Assembly (NCBI GenBank): GCA_964106915.2
Contig: OZ066931.1
DNA length: 64,000 nt
Strand: one strand, 5' to 3'
From: Podarcis gaigeae
Lineage: Eukaryota
This document shows positions 12,604 through 27,120 of the stretch, piece after piece. How positions within the stretch are numbered: the first letter of the stretch is position 1; the number at the start of each line of letters is the position of its first letter. The notes under the pieces were generated by a model that was not told the origin of the DNA, did no database searches, and saw nothing but the letters and a program-made list of their open reading frames with translations. The translations under genes were made by a program, and so were the position numbers.

Positions 12604-13214
12604 TCAGTTCTGGGCTGCAGTTATGGGGTAAATTAGCAACATTATTGGTAACGTAGTCCAGCCAGTTCAAGCTCGGCACCTCCTCTCTATATTTTAAAGC
12701 AACAACTCTTCAGTAACATTAAAACCATTTGTCCTTTATCTGGTAGCGGAAACCTGCCCTGCTGTGGGCCCAGGGATGGAAAGATGGTTTCAAATTTTAC
12801 AATCAATAACTGGCTCAAAAGGGTTGTACATGCTGCAGTCATGGAAAAAATTGCTCATCAGCGGTGTAAACTGCAGGAAAATGCAGAGCCTGAGGATTAT
12901 GTGGATATTTGTTGTAATTTTATTACATATCTCAGAATCGCCCAAGCTCAATATAGTCCCCACAAATTATTTATCTGAAAGCAGTTTTAGTATTTTCCCC
13001 ATTTGTTTACCTTACCCATGACTTACCCCAATTTTTCTTTCTTAGTTAGAATCTGTTAACGTTCTTTCATTATTTTAATCTAAATGTGCATTTATATACA
13101 TATAAATGGTGCCATTTTTTTCTTTTATATACCCAAGATGTGTACTGTTGTTTTGTTCTTTTCTCTTTTTTAAAAAACACATGCTTACCCACTGAATTAA
13201 AAATAAACAATTTT
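12604..13214 (+). mobile_element. L1-like LINE 3' end (ORF2 C-terminus, 3' UTR, A-rich tail)
   Basis: Translation NWLKRVVHAAVMEKIAH...ICCNFITYL resembles reptile L1 ORF2 termini; T-rich UTR, AATAAA and A tail; flanked by direct repeats of about 42 bp. Confidence 0.55.
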
Positions 13215-13577
13215 TAAAAAGGGTTGGTTCATCAAAGAGAAGGAAATGCAAAGAGCCGCCTGTCCCTTTGTGTTTATGAATTGTTCCTGCTCCTCACTCC
13301 TGAATCTTCTTTTAAATTGAAATGCAAAGCAGAATGATACGCCAATAATAGCGGGAAAGGCCCAGTGCACTCAGGTCTTCCAGTGACACATGTCTGAACA
13401 AAATGTAACATGGGAAAAATTATAAGCCACAGTAGACATTAGTCACATTTCACAAAATGAAACTTGGCCTTCTCATTTTCTGCAAGAAGTTTGCAGCTCC
13501 AGAAGTCCTTTTCTACACTACAGCAAACAAACCAGAAAGCAGAACAGGATATGAGCTGGTCTGTAAACAGCAAGTTA

Positions 13578-13746
13578 CCGTATTTTTCGCTCTATAACAC
13601 GCACCCGACCATAACACGCACATAGTTTTTAGAGGAGGAAAATCCGTAGGCATGCCACCCGTAGGCATTCCCTCCATAACACGCACAGACATTTCCCCTT
13701 ACTTTCTAGGAGGAAAAAAGTGAGTGTTATGGTGCAAAAAATACGG
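13578..13746. mobile_element. TA-flanked pogo/mariner-type MITE
   Basis: TIRs CCGTATTTTTCGCTCTATAACAC / GTGTTATGGTGCAAAAAATACGG with TA on both sides. Confidence 0.85.
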
Positions 13747-14008
13747 TAGTTCCACTCAGACCTGATTCATAACTCATCTTCTGATGCACAGCACTGCAGA
13801 AGCAGCACAGTTCTTCTCAACACACAGTCTGGCACAATCACAACCCTCTGCTGGTTGTGCATATAGCTACCATCAGTAATCTATGTCCTGTGCAGACTCT
13901 TCTATAATAAAAGGCACCATACCAACGATACACTTCCCTGTACTGGCACGGGTTGTGGTGATTTACTATGCAAACCATCCTATCCATGAAGGGAGGCGAT
14001 TACAGATA

Positions 14009-14295
14009 CAGTGGTGCCTCGCAAGACGAAAAGAATCCGTTCTGCGAGTCTCTTCGTCTAGCGGTTTTTTCCCATTGACGGATTAGCGGATTAGTGCTAT
14101 TAGCGGCTATTAGCGGCTAATCGGCTTAGAAAAAAGGGGGGAGGGGAAAAAAACCCGCAGGAACTCGCAAGACATTTTCATCTTGCGAAGCAAGCCCATA
14201 GGAAATTCGTTTTGCGAAGCACCTCCAAAACGGAAAACTCTTTTGTCTAGCGAGTTTTTCATCTTGCGAGGCATTCGTCTGGCGGGGCACCACTG
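14009..14295. mobile_element. Tigger-type MITE, family B
   Basis: TA + CAGTGGTGCCTCGCAAGACGAA ... TTCGTCTGGCGGGGCACCACTG + TA; an inverted relative lies at 38067-38304. Confidence 0.85.
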
Positions 14296-16186
14296 TATTC
14301 CATGACTGGAACCCTGACATGCAACCACCACCACACTTCCAGGATGAACCCATTTTCTTGAAATAAACACATCTGAGCCTTTAGATTTTCCCTCAACCCC
14401 ATCTTATCCTTGCAACAAGCTGTGAAGTAGCCAATGAGTTTGATGGTGCAGTGGAAACGTGGACCTGGGTCTCCCCAGTTCCCTGCTTGACACCACACAG
14501 GCTCTTTCACAGATCCTCTTCTCCCAAAGATTTGACAGAAAGACTGGCTGAGAAATGGACAGGCAGAAGGGAGGAAATGAATTGCGGGAAATTTCTGATT
14601 GGACTTCCTGCAACTCCACTCGGAGAATAGGGACAGGACAAGCTAAGGGCTGTATGTTGAACCTGGAATACAGCAGACAAACATAATTCATAAGTGGATG
14701 AGGAGGAAACACTGCAATGTGTGAATGAAGAAATTGCAGCTCTCCTATTTTTGTCAAACCACCAAACAAGCTTGAGAGGAGGCAGGTAAACCACACTATA
14801 AACAAACCTGTACTTGATAGACGTACAACCACATACACTGGAGGCAGTATTCTGCTGAATATAGGCTCTGGTACTTGTCTGGAGAGCTAATATGCCCCCT
14901 CCCCGGTTTGAATACCACTTCAAAACAAAATATTGGCCTCAAAGAAGTCTTATCTCAGGCTGAAGAACGGAGTTTAAAATGCTTCAGACAAATAAATTTT
15001 GATCAGAGATATTAAAAATAACTTTTCAACAATGATAAAGTCATAGAACCTCAAGGTAAGAGAGATCTATAAAATTAGTAAAAGAGAACCTGCTTACATC
15101 ACTGGAAGGTATTTTATAGCTACACTCCCGTAGCACCATTATAACCCAGGTAGCGGTATGTCCCAAGGAGATACAAGAAATGAGTAAGGTGCACTGAAGC
15201 TACGCAGGCTGCCCAAACCTGTAGCATGTCTAGCAAGGCAAAATTACATGGTTTAAACAAGTGAATATGTTATGTATCAAAGTCAAAAGGTGTAGTGCAG
15301 TGGCTACAGCGGTTCTTCCCCACGCGCGAGAGAGAAAGAACAAGAAACAGTTACAAATTAGACATCTAATTCCATTTTGGTTGTCAAAACATACACCAGC
15401 TGAGCCAACACATGTTTTGACCACCAAAATGGAACAACTTGTTTTTGATGGAATGCTGGCCACTTTTAATTTAATATTTGAAGTTCTGTACCACTAAAAT
15501 GAGAATTGCCATATTGCACAGGTTTATATCTTCGGTTTTCTGGGGAAAGGTAGCAATTCATTTCTGAATTTTTTTCTCTCACTCTCACATCTCCCTACAT
15601 TTTGAATTCTGTATCTACAATTTGCATTCTACTTCCACTTGCCACACTACTACTTCCTCTTGAAAGGCTAAGGAATTAACTTCACTTGTTTTTCCTTCTA
15701 ATTCCGGGTTCAACAAAATAGAACAAAACAAACCACTGATGAACAGCAACAATAAAAAGGAATTAACCTGTATTTGATTATTCATGTTTATGAAAATTCA
15801 TGTGCTTTTAAAATAATTGAATATCCCTTCCCATCTTCCTGTTTCTTCTTATACACAAAACCCAATTCTATGCAAGTTGACTCAGAAGTCTCACCTAGTT
15901 CAGTTAGGCTTAACTCCCAAGTAAACATCGATTGGATGGGAGGCCAAAAATCATAAAGTGTCAGCAAGGGGCTTAACTTTTTTTAATTCCCTGTGCAGTG
16001 CTTGTTTAAATAGTGCTCATATTAAATGCAATCAAAGCTAAATGAAGAAAAATAAAAGCAAAACAAAAGAATGAATACATATGCCATCTGAAAAGAGCAA
16101 GGTTAGTTTGGGAAACATCCTAAGTTATATAAAAATCACGATATATGTATTGTGACAAAAAAAAAAAAAAAGCAAGAATCACTTAC

Positions 16187-16354
16187 CAAAATCTACCCTT
16201 GTTAGTATGCACTGCATTGGATGGTCAGTTGTATGCCTTGTCGTCGTTGCACCACTTTCATAACAAGATGCACACAGATCGTAATCGTAGCAAATTAAAC
16301 ACTTGTATCTGCGACCTCGAAAATTTCCTTTTAAACATGCATCGCAGCTGACAC
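16187..16354 (-). CDS. KCMF1: KCMF1 coding exon 2, ZZ-type zinc finger (168 nt)
   Basis: ttgtag| acceptor and |GTAAGT donor; encodes [55 protein letters not shown]. Confidence 0.98.
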
Positions 16355-18975
16355 CTACAAACAAAAAGAAATGGTTATTAACTATACATTATACTATATT
16401 GAAATGTAAAATAGTGAACCTAGTAATACCTACAACTTTTAAAATTAATTTAACTCCACTGTTAAGTGTTTCATGTTAGTCACATAGCTTCTATTGGGAA
16501 AGAAAGGTGGGCTATAAACTGGATGAACAAACAACAAATTTGGGTGTAGTTATTGCAGTTATGTGAAAGAAACCCATTTGGGGTGCTTAGTGAATATCTT
16601 CTTAATTAACCCTGAAAACAAGAACTCAAAGTATGAAAATCGCTGGATATCATTAACATACTAATTGTAGCACGCTTGAAGAGCTGTGTAGATAAATATC
16701 TGTGCTTCCTAGTAGTAGTCACCTAAAAATTAATGGTAACTTTGAGTTTAACTATAACTACTATTGTGTCCACTTCAGCTGATTTGCAATGTGTTAATCC
16801 AGAAGAATGGTCAATAACAAAATGAAATGATGAGTTTCTAAAAGGAGGAACTTTTCAACAGAAGAATATGGTAGAAGGAAATTTTCAGCTCCAGATCTTT
16901 CATCTGACACAACCACACAACCTCTCTATTAGTCCTTGTTACCAAAGTAGCAACAAGTTATTCTTCTGTCAACATTTGTCAGATAAAACACAGAAAAATC
17001 ATTCATCTTCCCTTTCAAAACACACAGTAACCCACAACAGGTGCAAGTTTAACATTCCAGAGAGCTCCTCGCTCTACAATATAAATTTTCTTCACATTCT
17101 GCAATGTTTCTGCAGCCAGGGATTTGAACGCAGACTTTCCAAGGATAATGCTGTTCCTGGAACACTCTGCTGGAGGAAGGGTAAGAAGAATTTCACCAAT
17201 TTCTCATTCACCTACAGCCCTTTGAAAAGCAGCTCTAGAAGAAGAGCATGGGAGATGGTGCTGGGGGCAAATCTGCAAAAATCACTTTCCCCCACTTTGT
17301 CATTAAGGTGGAGCTAATGCTGGAGCAGAATCCCATCCACCAAACAGAATAAGTTATTCTGTTTGATTTTATATTTGCACAAGAGTATATCCTGATCCAA
17401 CTCAACATACGCATAATCCTAAAGATTTGCAAAAAACAACCCACAACTACACAGTGTAATAACCTTCCCACTTTTTATTTAGAAGTTTGCATAAATAGGA
17501 ATCTTATCTATGTATCTGTTAAGAGCCACATAACATTTAACCAACTTTAAAATGTTTCTAGGTATGTTTTAAAATACCTAGTAAAATCATGATCTCAAGC
17601 TTCTAATTTATAGTAATTGCACAATTGCCTGTCTGTAATTGCCATGCAAAAGTTCAAAGAGAACTGAACGTTCTCTTTCAGTTACAGATCTAGAGCAAAC
17701 ATTGTGAGCAGTACCTCGCTTCAATCCACGCCAATCTCTCAAAACCACAACTATTTTTCAGAAGACCCTGGCAGCTGGTTCTGTATTTCTACAATGACTC
17801 TCACACTTAACTGGCAGACACCAGCTCACAGCCTTCACAAGGGCAGTACTGCCACGGATCACTTACTACAAATCAAGGTACTCAAAACAGTGCTTACAGC
17901 AACACTGTAACGTAGACCACACAATGCAATGGAGGGAGGGAACACAGAGGCTGAGAAAATATAGCAACTTGCTATGCGGTGAGCTTGTACCAAGGATGCA
18001 CCATGCATTTTCGTCTTTCAGACTACCTGTAATGAGGACATCCCCCCCAAACGTTGCCAGCCCTAGTAAATTATTGGTAAGTGAAATATGAATGTGCATC
18101 AGTGACAATACAATAGAACTGCTTTCCTAACAAAAATCACACCCACACTTTCAGCCAACAGTCCTCAAACTAAATGGCAGGCCTCAATCAACATACAAGG
18201 ACTCCATTTTTCAGCAATAAAACTACCTCTCTTTGGATTTCCAGAACGCTGGCCCAATTTCTAACGTCGTTCTATGACCATGCGCCCTTGAACTTCAGCC
18301 GAGGTGTTTTCTGTCTCCCCAATCCCCACAAACACTTTTACTTCCCCAACAGATTTAGATTGCCAATAGAAATAGGACAGAACCAATGAAAGCTATGCCA
18401 CTGGAGGGTAGAAGGATAAAGATAAAAATGGCTCAATCTAATTTTAAATGATGGGACAGACTACTTTCCTAAGATGTTTTCAGCATTATTCAGCCGCTAA
18501 CATTTCTGCGTCCAAATTTAAAAGGCTGCTGTTTCTTTCGGTATCATCTAGAAATGTTAAGGTGAACTTAAAGTTTGCTTTCTCATCAAAATGTTATAAG
18601 CTTTCTTATAATGAAGGTGTAAATAATGTTTGTGTCAGAACAACAATATACAATATCACAGTATTTCAATTTTGTAATTAAACGCTCTGGAGCAGTGTTT
18701 ACTTAATTGGATTCCTTTACAAGAGCACCCCCCCCCCCCAATTTTTTTTTTTGCAGGGCCAGGCTGGGCTCTGACGGTTGATTGGGGCAGCCCTGAAGAA
18801 ACCTTGTGCAGTTTCCGATGCTCCTTTTGATGCTTTCTTTTCAGAATGGTTAATTGCTTCCATTTTTCAAAGGCCACAAAAGACACCTGAAATAACCCAA
18901 GGGAATCAAAACAGCAGCAAAAGTGTGGAAAAACACCACATTATGCCTTTTGGATTTTATTGTACTGATGATATA

Positions 18976-19189
18976 CAGTGGTACCTCTGGTTACGTAATT
19001 AATTCGTTCCAGAGGTCTGTTCTTAACCTGAAACTGTTCTTAACCTGAAGACCACTTTAGCTAATGGGGCCTCCCACTGCCGCCGCGCGATTTCTGTTCT
19101 CATCCTGAAGCAAAGTTCTTAACCCAAGGTACTTTTTCTGGGTTAGCGGAGTCTGTAACCTGAAGTGTATGTAACCTGAGGTACCACTG
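18976..19189. mobile_element. Tigger-type MITE, family A (inverted relative to the 11766 copy)
   Basis: TA + CAGTGGTACCTC ... GAGGTACCACTG + TA. Confidence 0.85.
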
Positions 19190-20673
19190 TACACAATTTA
19201 TTTTCAGCATTACAACGGGTGGGGGGGTGGCGCCTAGATATTCCATTGTGGCGACTGTAACTCAGGTTTAAAGTGTCATTTGGCGACTGTATCAGAGTTT
19301 CTAACACTGATTTACAATTCATAAAGTGGGAATAGGCCCAGTTTACACCACTTACACACCTTTCCAGTGCAAGTTCAAGAACCTGATCACCTGTTGCAAG
19401 GAAGTTCAAGAGACTCCAGTACCCAAACTACAACAGTCCATGAAGGTGCAAATCCTCTTCGGTTTGAGGGATCAATTTTAAATTGGCAGATTGAGCTAAA
19501 GTGTCATTTGACCAATTGTTCTCACTTTTCCCCCTGTATTTTCCATAGGCCACTTGAAAACTGCTGAGGTTCTTTGTGGATCTCGTAATAAACCAGGCTA
19601 GACTGCTAAGATGAGTCACTTAACTGGCAGGTGTTTAGGGAGAAATCAGTAATCACCAGCAACATACTATGAAGGTCAAGGGCCCCACGCCAGGGCCTTG
19701 TTATATAGTTCAATAATCTGGCACTGGTCAAAACAGTCTCAATCTCCACTATCAGAAGAAAAATTAATCAAGCACAGGGCCAAGGTCAAATATTCTTGAC
19801 TCTTCTGCAACCTTTCTGTGACCACACAAACAAAGCTTGCAGACCACAATTTGAGAATTTCTCCTAATTAAACAATGGTAGTCAAATTGTAACAGATGTG
19901 GCTGAGAGTGAAGGCTACACTCCTTTATTGGCTGAGACAACTATGGTTCCAATATGCTACTACAGCAGAGATTGAAAAACTATTTTTAGAAGCAAATGTG
20001 ATTTTTAATACTGCATGGTAGTTTGGGGTTAATAAATTTGTATGTTAAACTTATTACAGTATCTATTAAAATACGTATAAATGATATTTTGGCAATATTA
20101 ATTTAAGTCAATTAGTTAGAATACATTCATTAACTAAAAATTATGTAATCAGTGCTCGTAAATGCACCCAAATGTATAATCTCAACAATTTTTTTGAGGT
20201 GTCCTTGTTTTCACTTTTTGAAATGTGGCAACCCTAGTTATAGGGAAATTCATTTCACACTGACTCACAAGCATCACATGACACTGCATTAATTAAGCCA
20301 ACAGGATATGCAATGGTCCCTCCCCCCCTTCAACTTCCAGAAGATGAAGAAGCAATAAAGGGAGAGAAAAAATATGTTGTTCAGACCTAATAAGAGAAAT
20401 GTTTGAATTGGATGTACCTTTATGTACAGTAATAGACTACATCTTGGAATTCCACATTTGTTCATGGCAGTTTTCAGAATATAATATAAAAATAAACAAA
20501 AACACCTGCACTTCTCAAAAATAAACCCAAGATGACAAGGTACAGAAAATACATTCATGTTCTCATCATTGCCAACAGCTATCATTTTGCGGTTTTCAGG
20601 ACTTTTGAATTCAGCATGGTGATTTTTTCTGACTGTGGCCCCCTTCTAACCTTGTTTCCTTCCTGTGGCCCCC

Positions 20674-20804
20674 CATGGGCGTAGCCAAGGGGGGCAACTG
20701 CCCCCCATAAGTAAAAAGCAATACAAATCAATACAAATCTGAGGTTAGGTTCTGCCCCCCAACATAAGCCTGCCTCCCTAACAAAAATTCTGGCTACACC
20801 CATG
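20674..20804. mobile_element. Short MITE
   Basis: TIRs CATGGGCGTAGCCA / TGGCTACACCCATG. Confidence 0.7.
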
Positions 20805-23800
20805 TCCCCTCCCGTCCTACTGGTAGAAAGGTTTATACCTATTTAAATGTTTTGTTTGTAAACAGAACGTTTTATTTATATTTTCTATAATTTATACAAA
20901 ATACATAAAATGATAGGAACATATGAAATATTGTTAAAGCAGAAAAACATGGAATCGTCTTTCTAGTGCAACCCCCTGCAATGTAAGAAACTCTGCTAAA
21001 GCATCCATGACAGATGGCCATCCAACCTCTGCTTAGAAACCTTCAAGAAAGGAGAGTTCAGAACCTCCCAAAGGAGATCCATCTTCCATGTATCATAAAA
21101 AGTAAACATTTATTTGAGCGCAGTTATCTGACACAGAGGGGGAAACCTACAGATATAATCCAAAAGGCACACAGGGAGTTCTGTATATTTGGGGAATTTT
21201 TTTAAAGCAAGTGGTCCTTGCTGATCCAGTGAAAAAAATCTTGTCATCCGGAGGAGTCCTGGCTGCCTAGACAAAACCCTATAGCCCCACACACCCTTAC
21301 CTGGGAGTAAGGCCCACTGAACTCAGTGAGGCTTTCTTCTGAGTAGACACTTAGGTATTTACTAGATGCAAGTCAGTAGCACCAGACGACCCCATTCAGC
21401 TAGTCACTGGGGTGGATTTCACCCTTAGCCTTGAAGAGCTGGGCCAAAGCTGCCAAAGGGCTGTGTCCCTTGGCAACATCTGAAAGCCCTGATCTGCCAG
21501 GCGCTGGGGTGGCAGCAATAATGTTAATAGAAGAGTAATGAAAAACTAATGAATTGTCCTCAGTTCATTGTTGGCTTAATAAGATTAATATTGCATTAGG
21601 AACAAAGGACATTTCAATCCACTATATCTGAAATCATTTCAATGTTTACCAAGCATTGAGAGGTGGCTTATGGGGCAAAAAATATTTAAACCCTTATGGG
21701 GGTGTTGTTGTTGTTGCTATGTGATGGAAAAACCATATTACATATTTTATAAATGTAGTTTTTTGTAGGTAGGATTCCTGAATGTATGTTTATTGATAAT
21801 TAAAGTTATCAATAAAAATATGAATTCAAAGAGTCTGTTTATGTGAGACTCCACAGCCTCCTTCACAAGCACCCAATATAATGTCTTGAAATGTTCATTC
21901 CTATAATTAATTCAAGAAGGCGTAACACTGAACAATATCCATGGACTGAAAGGCTTGCTGGTGTGCCAGAAAAACACTACAAAACAGATTTCAGTTGTTC
22001 TAACTAGGGATGAGGGGAAGTCCGAGCGCAGAAACAACGGGCTGATTTGTATTGAGTAGGGACCTAACACTTTGCTGCCATGAAGAAAAACAGAGAAGTT
22101 GCAAGGTAAAAACTGGAAGGGCAAATAAAATATTTCTGGCAAAAAACAAACACAGAGATATGAGTAGCAGAGGAGAAATACAAACAAGCTACGATTCTGA
22201 ACAGGCTCCAATGAATATAATGTGGTGGAAATAGTTCAATTTTCTCACAATTCTGACACATTTTATATGCTGAAGTCATATATGCAGCAAGTTCCCAAGC
22301 ATGTTTATTCAGAAGTTAAGTCCAACTAATTTCAGTTGGGCTTCCTGTCTATAGCTGTGCAACCTCACTCATTAAAACTACTTTCCAATGCTGAAGACAA
22401 GGAAACAATATAATCAAGAGCAATTATCAGCTTTATCCTCAGACAAATACCTTAGGAGCGACCATCTCTTACTGGTTTCTGACCCAATTTCTTATAGTTC
22501 AGCTGGTACAAAAGCAAAAAGAGCTTTTCTGCTGGACATTTTAACATGCAGGCTGCAGTACTATGAACACTTATTAGGGAGCAACAATGGGGCTCATTCC
22601 AAATATGCACAGGATTTCACTGGACATGTAATTTACTAGTTGAACTAGACTATATTCTTTAAAAAATCAATGAAGATATAGGACTTCACCTTAAAATACC
22701 TTACCTATGAATAAGACTGAACAAAAATATTTCTCCCATGGAAGTCTGCTTGATTTGCCCATGATCATGGTATCATGCACCAAGGTTTTATGTCCATTTG
22801 AACTATGATGACATTCAATTTAAGGGTACTGTATTTCTAAAAAGGCTTCTAAATGGCAGTCTAATATTCCATTCAAAGTAGACAGAAAAAGTACAACAGG
22901 GAAAACTGGGCAACACTGTAGCATTAGTTACCCCAACTGATGAAAACACTAACTATGAGTGTGGTGTAGAGAGAGGTTAATGTCAGACCTGGGAGACCAG
23001 GGTTCAAATCACTGAGTGACTACCTCATACGGTTTGTGTGGGGATTAACAGAGGAGGGGGAGAAACCTGGAGAAAATGTTCCTTGGAGAAAAAGGTTTGT
23101 TATAAATTAAATAATAACAACAACAAATATTCACTATAGCAGCTACAGCTGTGATGGCTCGGGCTTATGGAAAGTGTAGTTGAAAGCATCTAGAGAGCAC
23201 AAAGTTGGGGAATGAGAAAACCACAACACACAAATACCTTATGCTAACTCTAGTCATGGCTACGTGTGACTAGCTGTGCTGGAATGTCTATGCAAATGCA
23301 AATGATCTAGTCAAGATACATATTAGCATTTATATACACACCTGAGAGTTTAAATCAAACACACATCCAAAAGCAGATGTAATTTCAATGCACTGCACTA
23401 CTTTGAACTAGATGTGCATTCAGATACGTATTGCAAACCACATTCTAGCAGAGCCAGTGACACATATTTCCACAAGGGATATTAACTTCAGTGAGACTTC
23501 CAATATACTCTTATGTACATAAGACCATTTGCAGCAAAGTAAAGGAGGGGAATATTGCTTTGTTTCCATTTTGCAACCATGACAATCAAAGGCGTGTACC
23601 AACATATGGCAAGACGTACTCAGTTTTCTCAACTGAGCAGGAGAACAGCAATCTGAGGGTGAGGGATTTATTAGCAAATACCTTGTCATTGTCAAGATCA
23701 CTTCCTGTCGAGGTTTAGATTATTGGTGGCTTCTCCTCCATGCAAGGATGGTGGCCTTATTAGAAGGATACACACACAGGGAGACTAATAGACTCTCCAT

Positions 23801-24962
23801 TACTGGGGACCCTAGGGGGCTTTCCAGCTGGCATGGCTAACAGTCCTGTCAAATGACTGGCTACTCTGCGGAATGGAGACACAACACCAGGTGGCTGATG
23901 CAACTCTTCTCCAGCTTCAGAGTCTGAAGTATACATCAGAGCTTCAGGGTGCTAGAACCCAGGTGGCAAAAAAAATCACAGCAATTCTGATCAAATACAG
24001 CTCATCACCCCGACATCTACAAAGTGCTGTTCAACAGACCTTTTCTGGATGGTTTTGTCTTTTGCAGTCTGCCCAGGTGGGGCCGGTGAAGGACCTTTTG
24101 GTAGCACAAGTTTGAAATTGGGAGAATAAAACTGCTTGCATCCACAACAACCAGGATACTACCATTGGACACAACTGATACTACCATTGTCCTATTTTGA
24201 TGGATGGTTATTATTTATTGAGGCTAACAAAGTAGACAAGGTGCTTTACCCCTTTTAGGGACTTCAATTAAGATGCACAATTCTGCACAAAAACTGGTCT
24301 ACACTGGAAAACTATTTCCAAACTGAATTAGACAGACAGACAGAAAACTATTATACACTCAGGTTGCCCAATTAATGGAGTGCATACACTCTTGAATTAG
24401 TAAAATGACAGAAACACACCATAACAAACAACTGCAGTACTTTTTCAGTTTGCATCTGCCCTGCATGATCTCAAAACATTTACTGAATATAAATGCATCT
24501 CAAAGATATGAAAATTTCCCTAATAGTTATGATTGTCTTTAACTTCAAATAACGGTAAAACAATGTGGGGAATACTTTCATGAAGTTGTTTTAAAGTGTT
24601 TTAACCCTTTAAACAAAGAGAAACTAAAGGCAACTCTGATTTCATTTACCAACACTCGAAAATAGGTCCCCAATTCCCACTGGACATCTATCAATCTGGC
24701 TCTGCTTCCTCATTCTGCTTAGTCATATGATTTGATAATCCCACCCCCCTTGAAGAACAGCTTGCCTGTTTGTACCTGTCTTCAGGCAATTTCCCACCTT
24801 CACAATAGGAAGGGAAACCAAGGAACTGAAACCATTAGACTAGAATGCATTCTTGAGACCAGGGACACCTAAATCCAAAATAATAGCATATTTGCCACTT
24901 AATTATTCCACATAAGCTTCCCTCTCCTTCCTCTGTTGTCTCCCTCACGTCCATTTTTAGAG

Positions 24963-25383
24963 CAGCGTTAGAAACTGAGATATGAAAGCTAGGAGCTAAA
25001 TGGCACCTTAAAACTAGATTATAGGTGCTGCAACGGAATAACTAGGCAAGCTTTTTAAAAATAATAATATCAAGCTGAAAATGAACTGCAGCAAAAATCT
25101 TATTTTCATTTTTCAAATGGTCTAGTCCTCATCTGAAGACTGCAAAAAACAAAACCCTACTTCCCCTGCCCACCCCCATAATATTCTCATGAGGGTCCCT
25201 TCTTCAGTCCTCGTACAGTGGCTGGAAGTGGGGAGGCAAAAAAGCTTCTCCTTTCATTCCAGCAGTGGCAGTTTTAAACTGAAATCTTAGGCCCAGTACT
25301 GCTCCCAGAGCTCAGAAACTGCTTGCATTAATGAAATTCCCTGTCACAAAACGTGCCTAGAACAATGGGAGTTTCGAACACTG
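24963..25383. mobile_element. hAT-type non-autonomous element
   Basis: TIRs CAGCGTTAGAAACT / AGTTTCGAACACTG; 8-bp flanks ttttagag / ttctagaa (6 of 8 match, central TA). Confidence 0.7.
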
Positions 25384-25968
25384 TTCTAGAATGTAAGCCC
25401 CTTGGGAAATGGGCCTGTCGTTTCATTCTGTGTAAAACATCTTGTACATGGATGACATAGTAGCAGCAATAATACTACAACAATGGGGTTCTTCACTACC
25501 ATTGGCTATGGACCATAGACAGGAAGGAGATCTCTTCTATGCAATCTTCCTTTCATAAAAAGCTTGAACAGATTACAGAATACAAAGCAACCAGAAAATG
25601 GAACAGGAGCGCTCTGGAAATAAAAAAATGTTGCTACAGACCAGCTGACATGAGAAGCATGATTAGGACTCTGCCGCCAGATTTTAAATTTGCCATCACT
25701 AAGAAGTGAAGCTTCAATATAATTAACTGTATCATGCACATACTAAATGCTCTTAGAAACCATAGTTGCAAAACAAATATTTAATTTGTGTCATTACAAA
25801 ATATATACATCTTGCTTCTAAAGTATATAAACAGTGCCAAATTTAGTTACTTAAATTTGTTAAGGTGCTACAAATTGTTAAATTTCTTTAAGGTGCTACA
25901 AATTGTTCTTTCTGCTACAAAGAGGTTACTCCTCTTGGGGGTGGGGGGAATACTAGAATAGGTTAATA

Positions 25969-26155
25969 CAGTGGTACCTCCAGTTGCGGACGGGATCCAT
26001 TCCAGAGGTCCAGGTGGATCCCGAAGTTTCCGCAACCTGAGGCCCACTTCTGCACATTCACGCGTGGCGAAACCTGGTAAAATACTTTCTGGTTTGCCGT
26101 GCACGCATCCCAATGTTTACGTAACCCGAGGGTTATGTAAACAGAGGTTCGACTG
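25969..26155. mobile_element. Tigger-type MITE
   Basis: TA + CAGTGGTACCTC ... GAGGTTCGACTG + TA. Confidence 0.75.
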
Positions 26156-26349
26156 TATTTCAATTTAAAATTTACCTAATGTTAAGAGGACCTCTGAGTG
26201 TTTTTAGCAACAGTGCTTTTGGCCAATGACTGGAGTCAGAGCTGTGTTTCATATGTGAGTTGTTTGGACACCAGGGAGCTCGTAAGAGCTGGTCAATGGT
26301 TAAGGCTTATGAGAGCTACTGTAATCCAACAATATTTGACAGCCTAGGC

Positions 26350-27120
26350 CAGAGGTGGCGAACCTATGGTACATGTGCCAGAGGGGGCATTCAGAGCCCT
26401 CTCTGTGGGCACACACACCGTCACCCCAGCAGGGCCATAACTAGGGGGGTGAAACTGGCACTCCAGCACTGAAGGAGGCTCCTGGCTGCTTCCAGCACGG
26501 TCCCAGCACTGCTAGGTCACCATTTTCACCCTCGGGGCTGCACCGGGGCTGGGGTGTGGGGAGGAGGGCTCATGCTGGGAAACTACTGCTCCATCCAAAG
26601 CCTGTGCCACTGCTACTCAAGTCACCGATCAAACCCATCTGCCACCGCAACCAAACCTGACGGCCGCCTCTGGGCTGGCTTCGCCTCTCCGCCATCAAGC
26701 TTAGTTGTGCCCGACCCGCCTTCCTGTTCTGCTCTCAGGTGGAAACCCTGGTGAGCAGTTGAGCAGGTGTCGATTTCTGAAGCGCCAGGGCCTCCGGCCA
26801 GTCTGTTGTTTCTACTTTGGAGTAAGCCGCCTTGAGTTCAGCAAGGTTAGACAAATTATCGACATGCATACAACAGCAAAAATCACATTAATTGTTCAGA
26901 AGCATGCCAAATGCAAACTTTTACCTTTAAACAAAAGTTGTTCGTATCATTGAAAGCTCTGTTATTGTGTTTTCCTTTTAAGACAAAAGATGTTAATGTA
27001 TGAATTGTTTTTTATACACTAAAACCTCAGTATTCAGGTTAAATTGCCGTGTTGGCACTTTGAGCTAAATAAGTGAGTTTGGGGTTGACGTTTGGGCACT
27101 CGGTCTCTAAAAGGTTCACC
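26350..27120. mobile_element. hAT-type non-autonomous element with truncated right TIR
   Basis: Left end gcctaggc|CAGAGGTGGCGAACC; right end AAGGTTCA fused directly to cctaggc (TSD remnant). Confidence 0.6.

Noticed and set aside
14080-14125. Short tandem (TTAGCGGCTA)-like repeats, superficially array-like
   Set aside because: Internal to a MITE and without unique spacers; nothing CRISPR-like or prokaryotic is present in this window.
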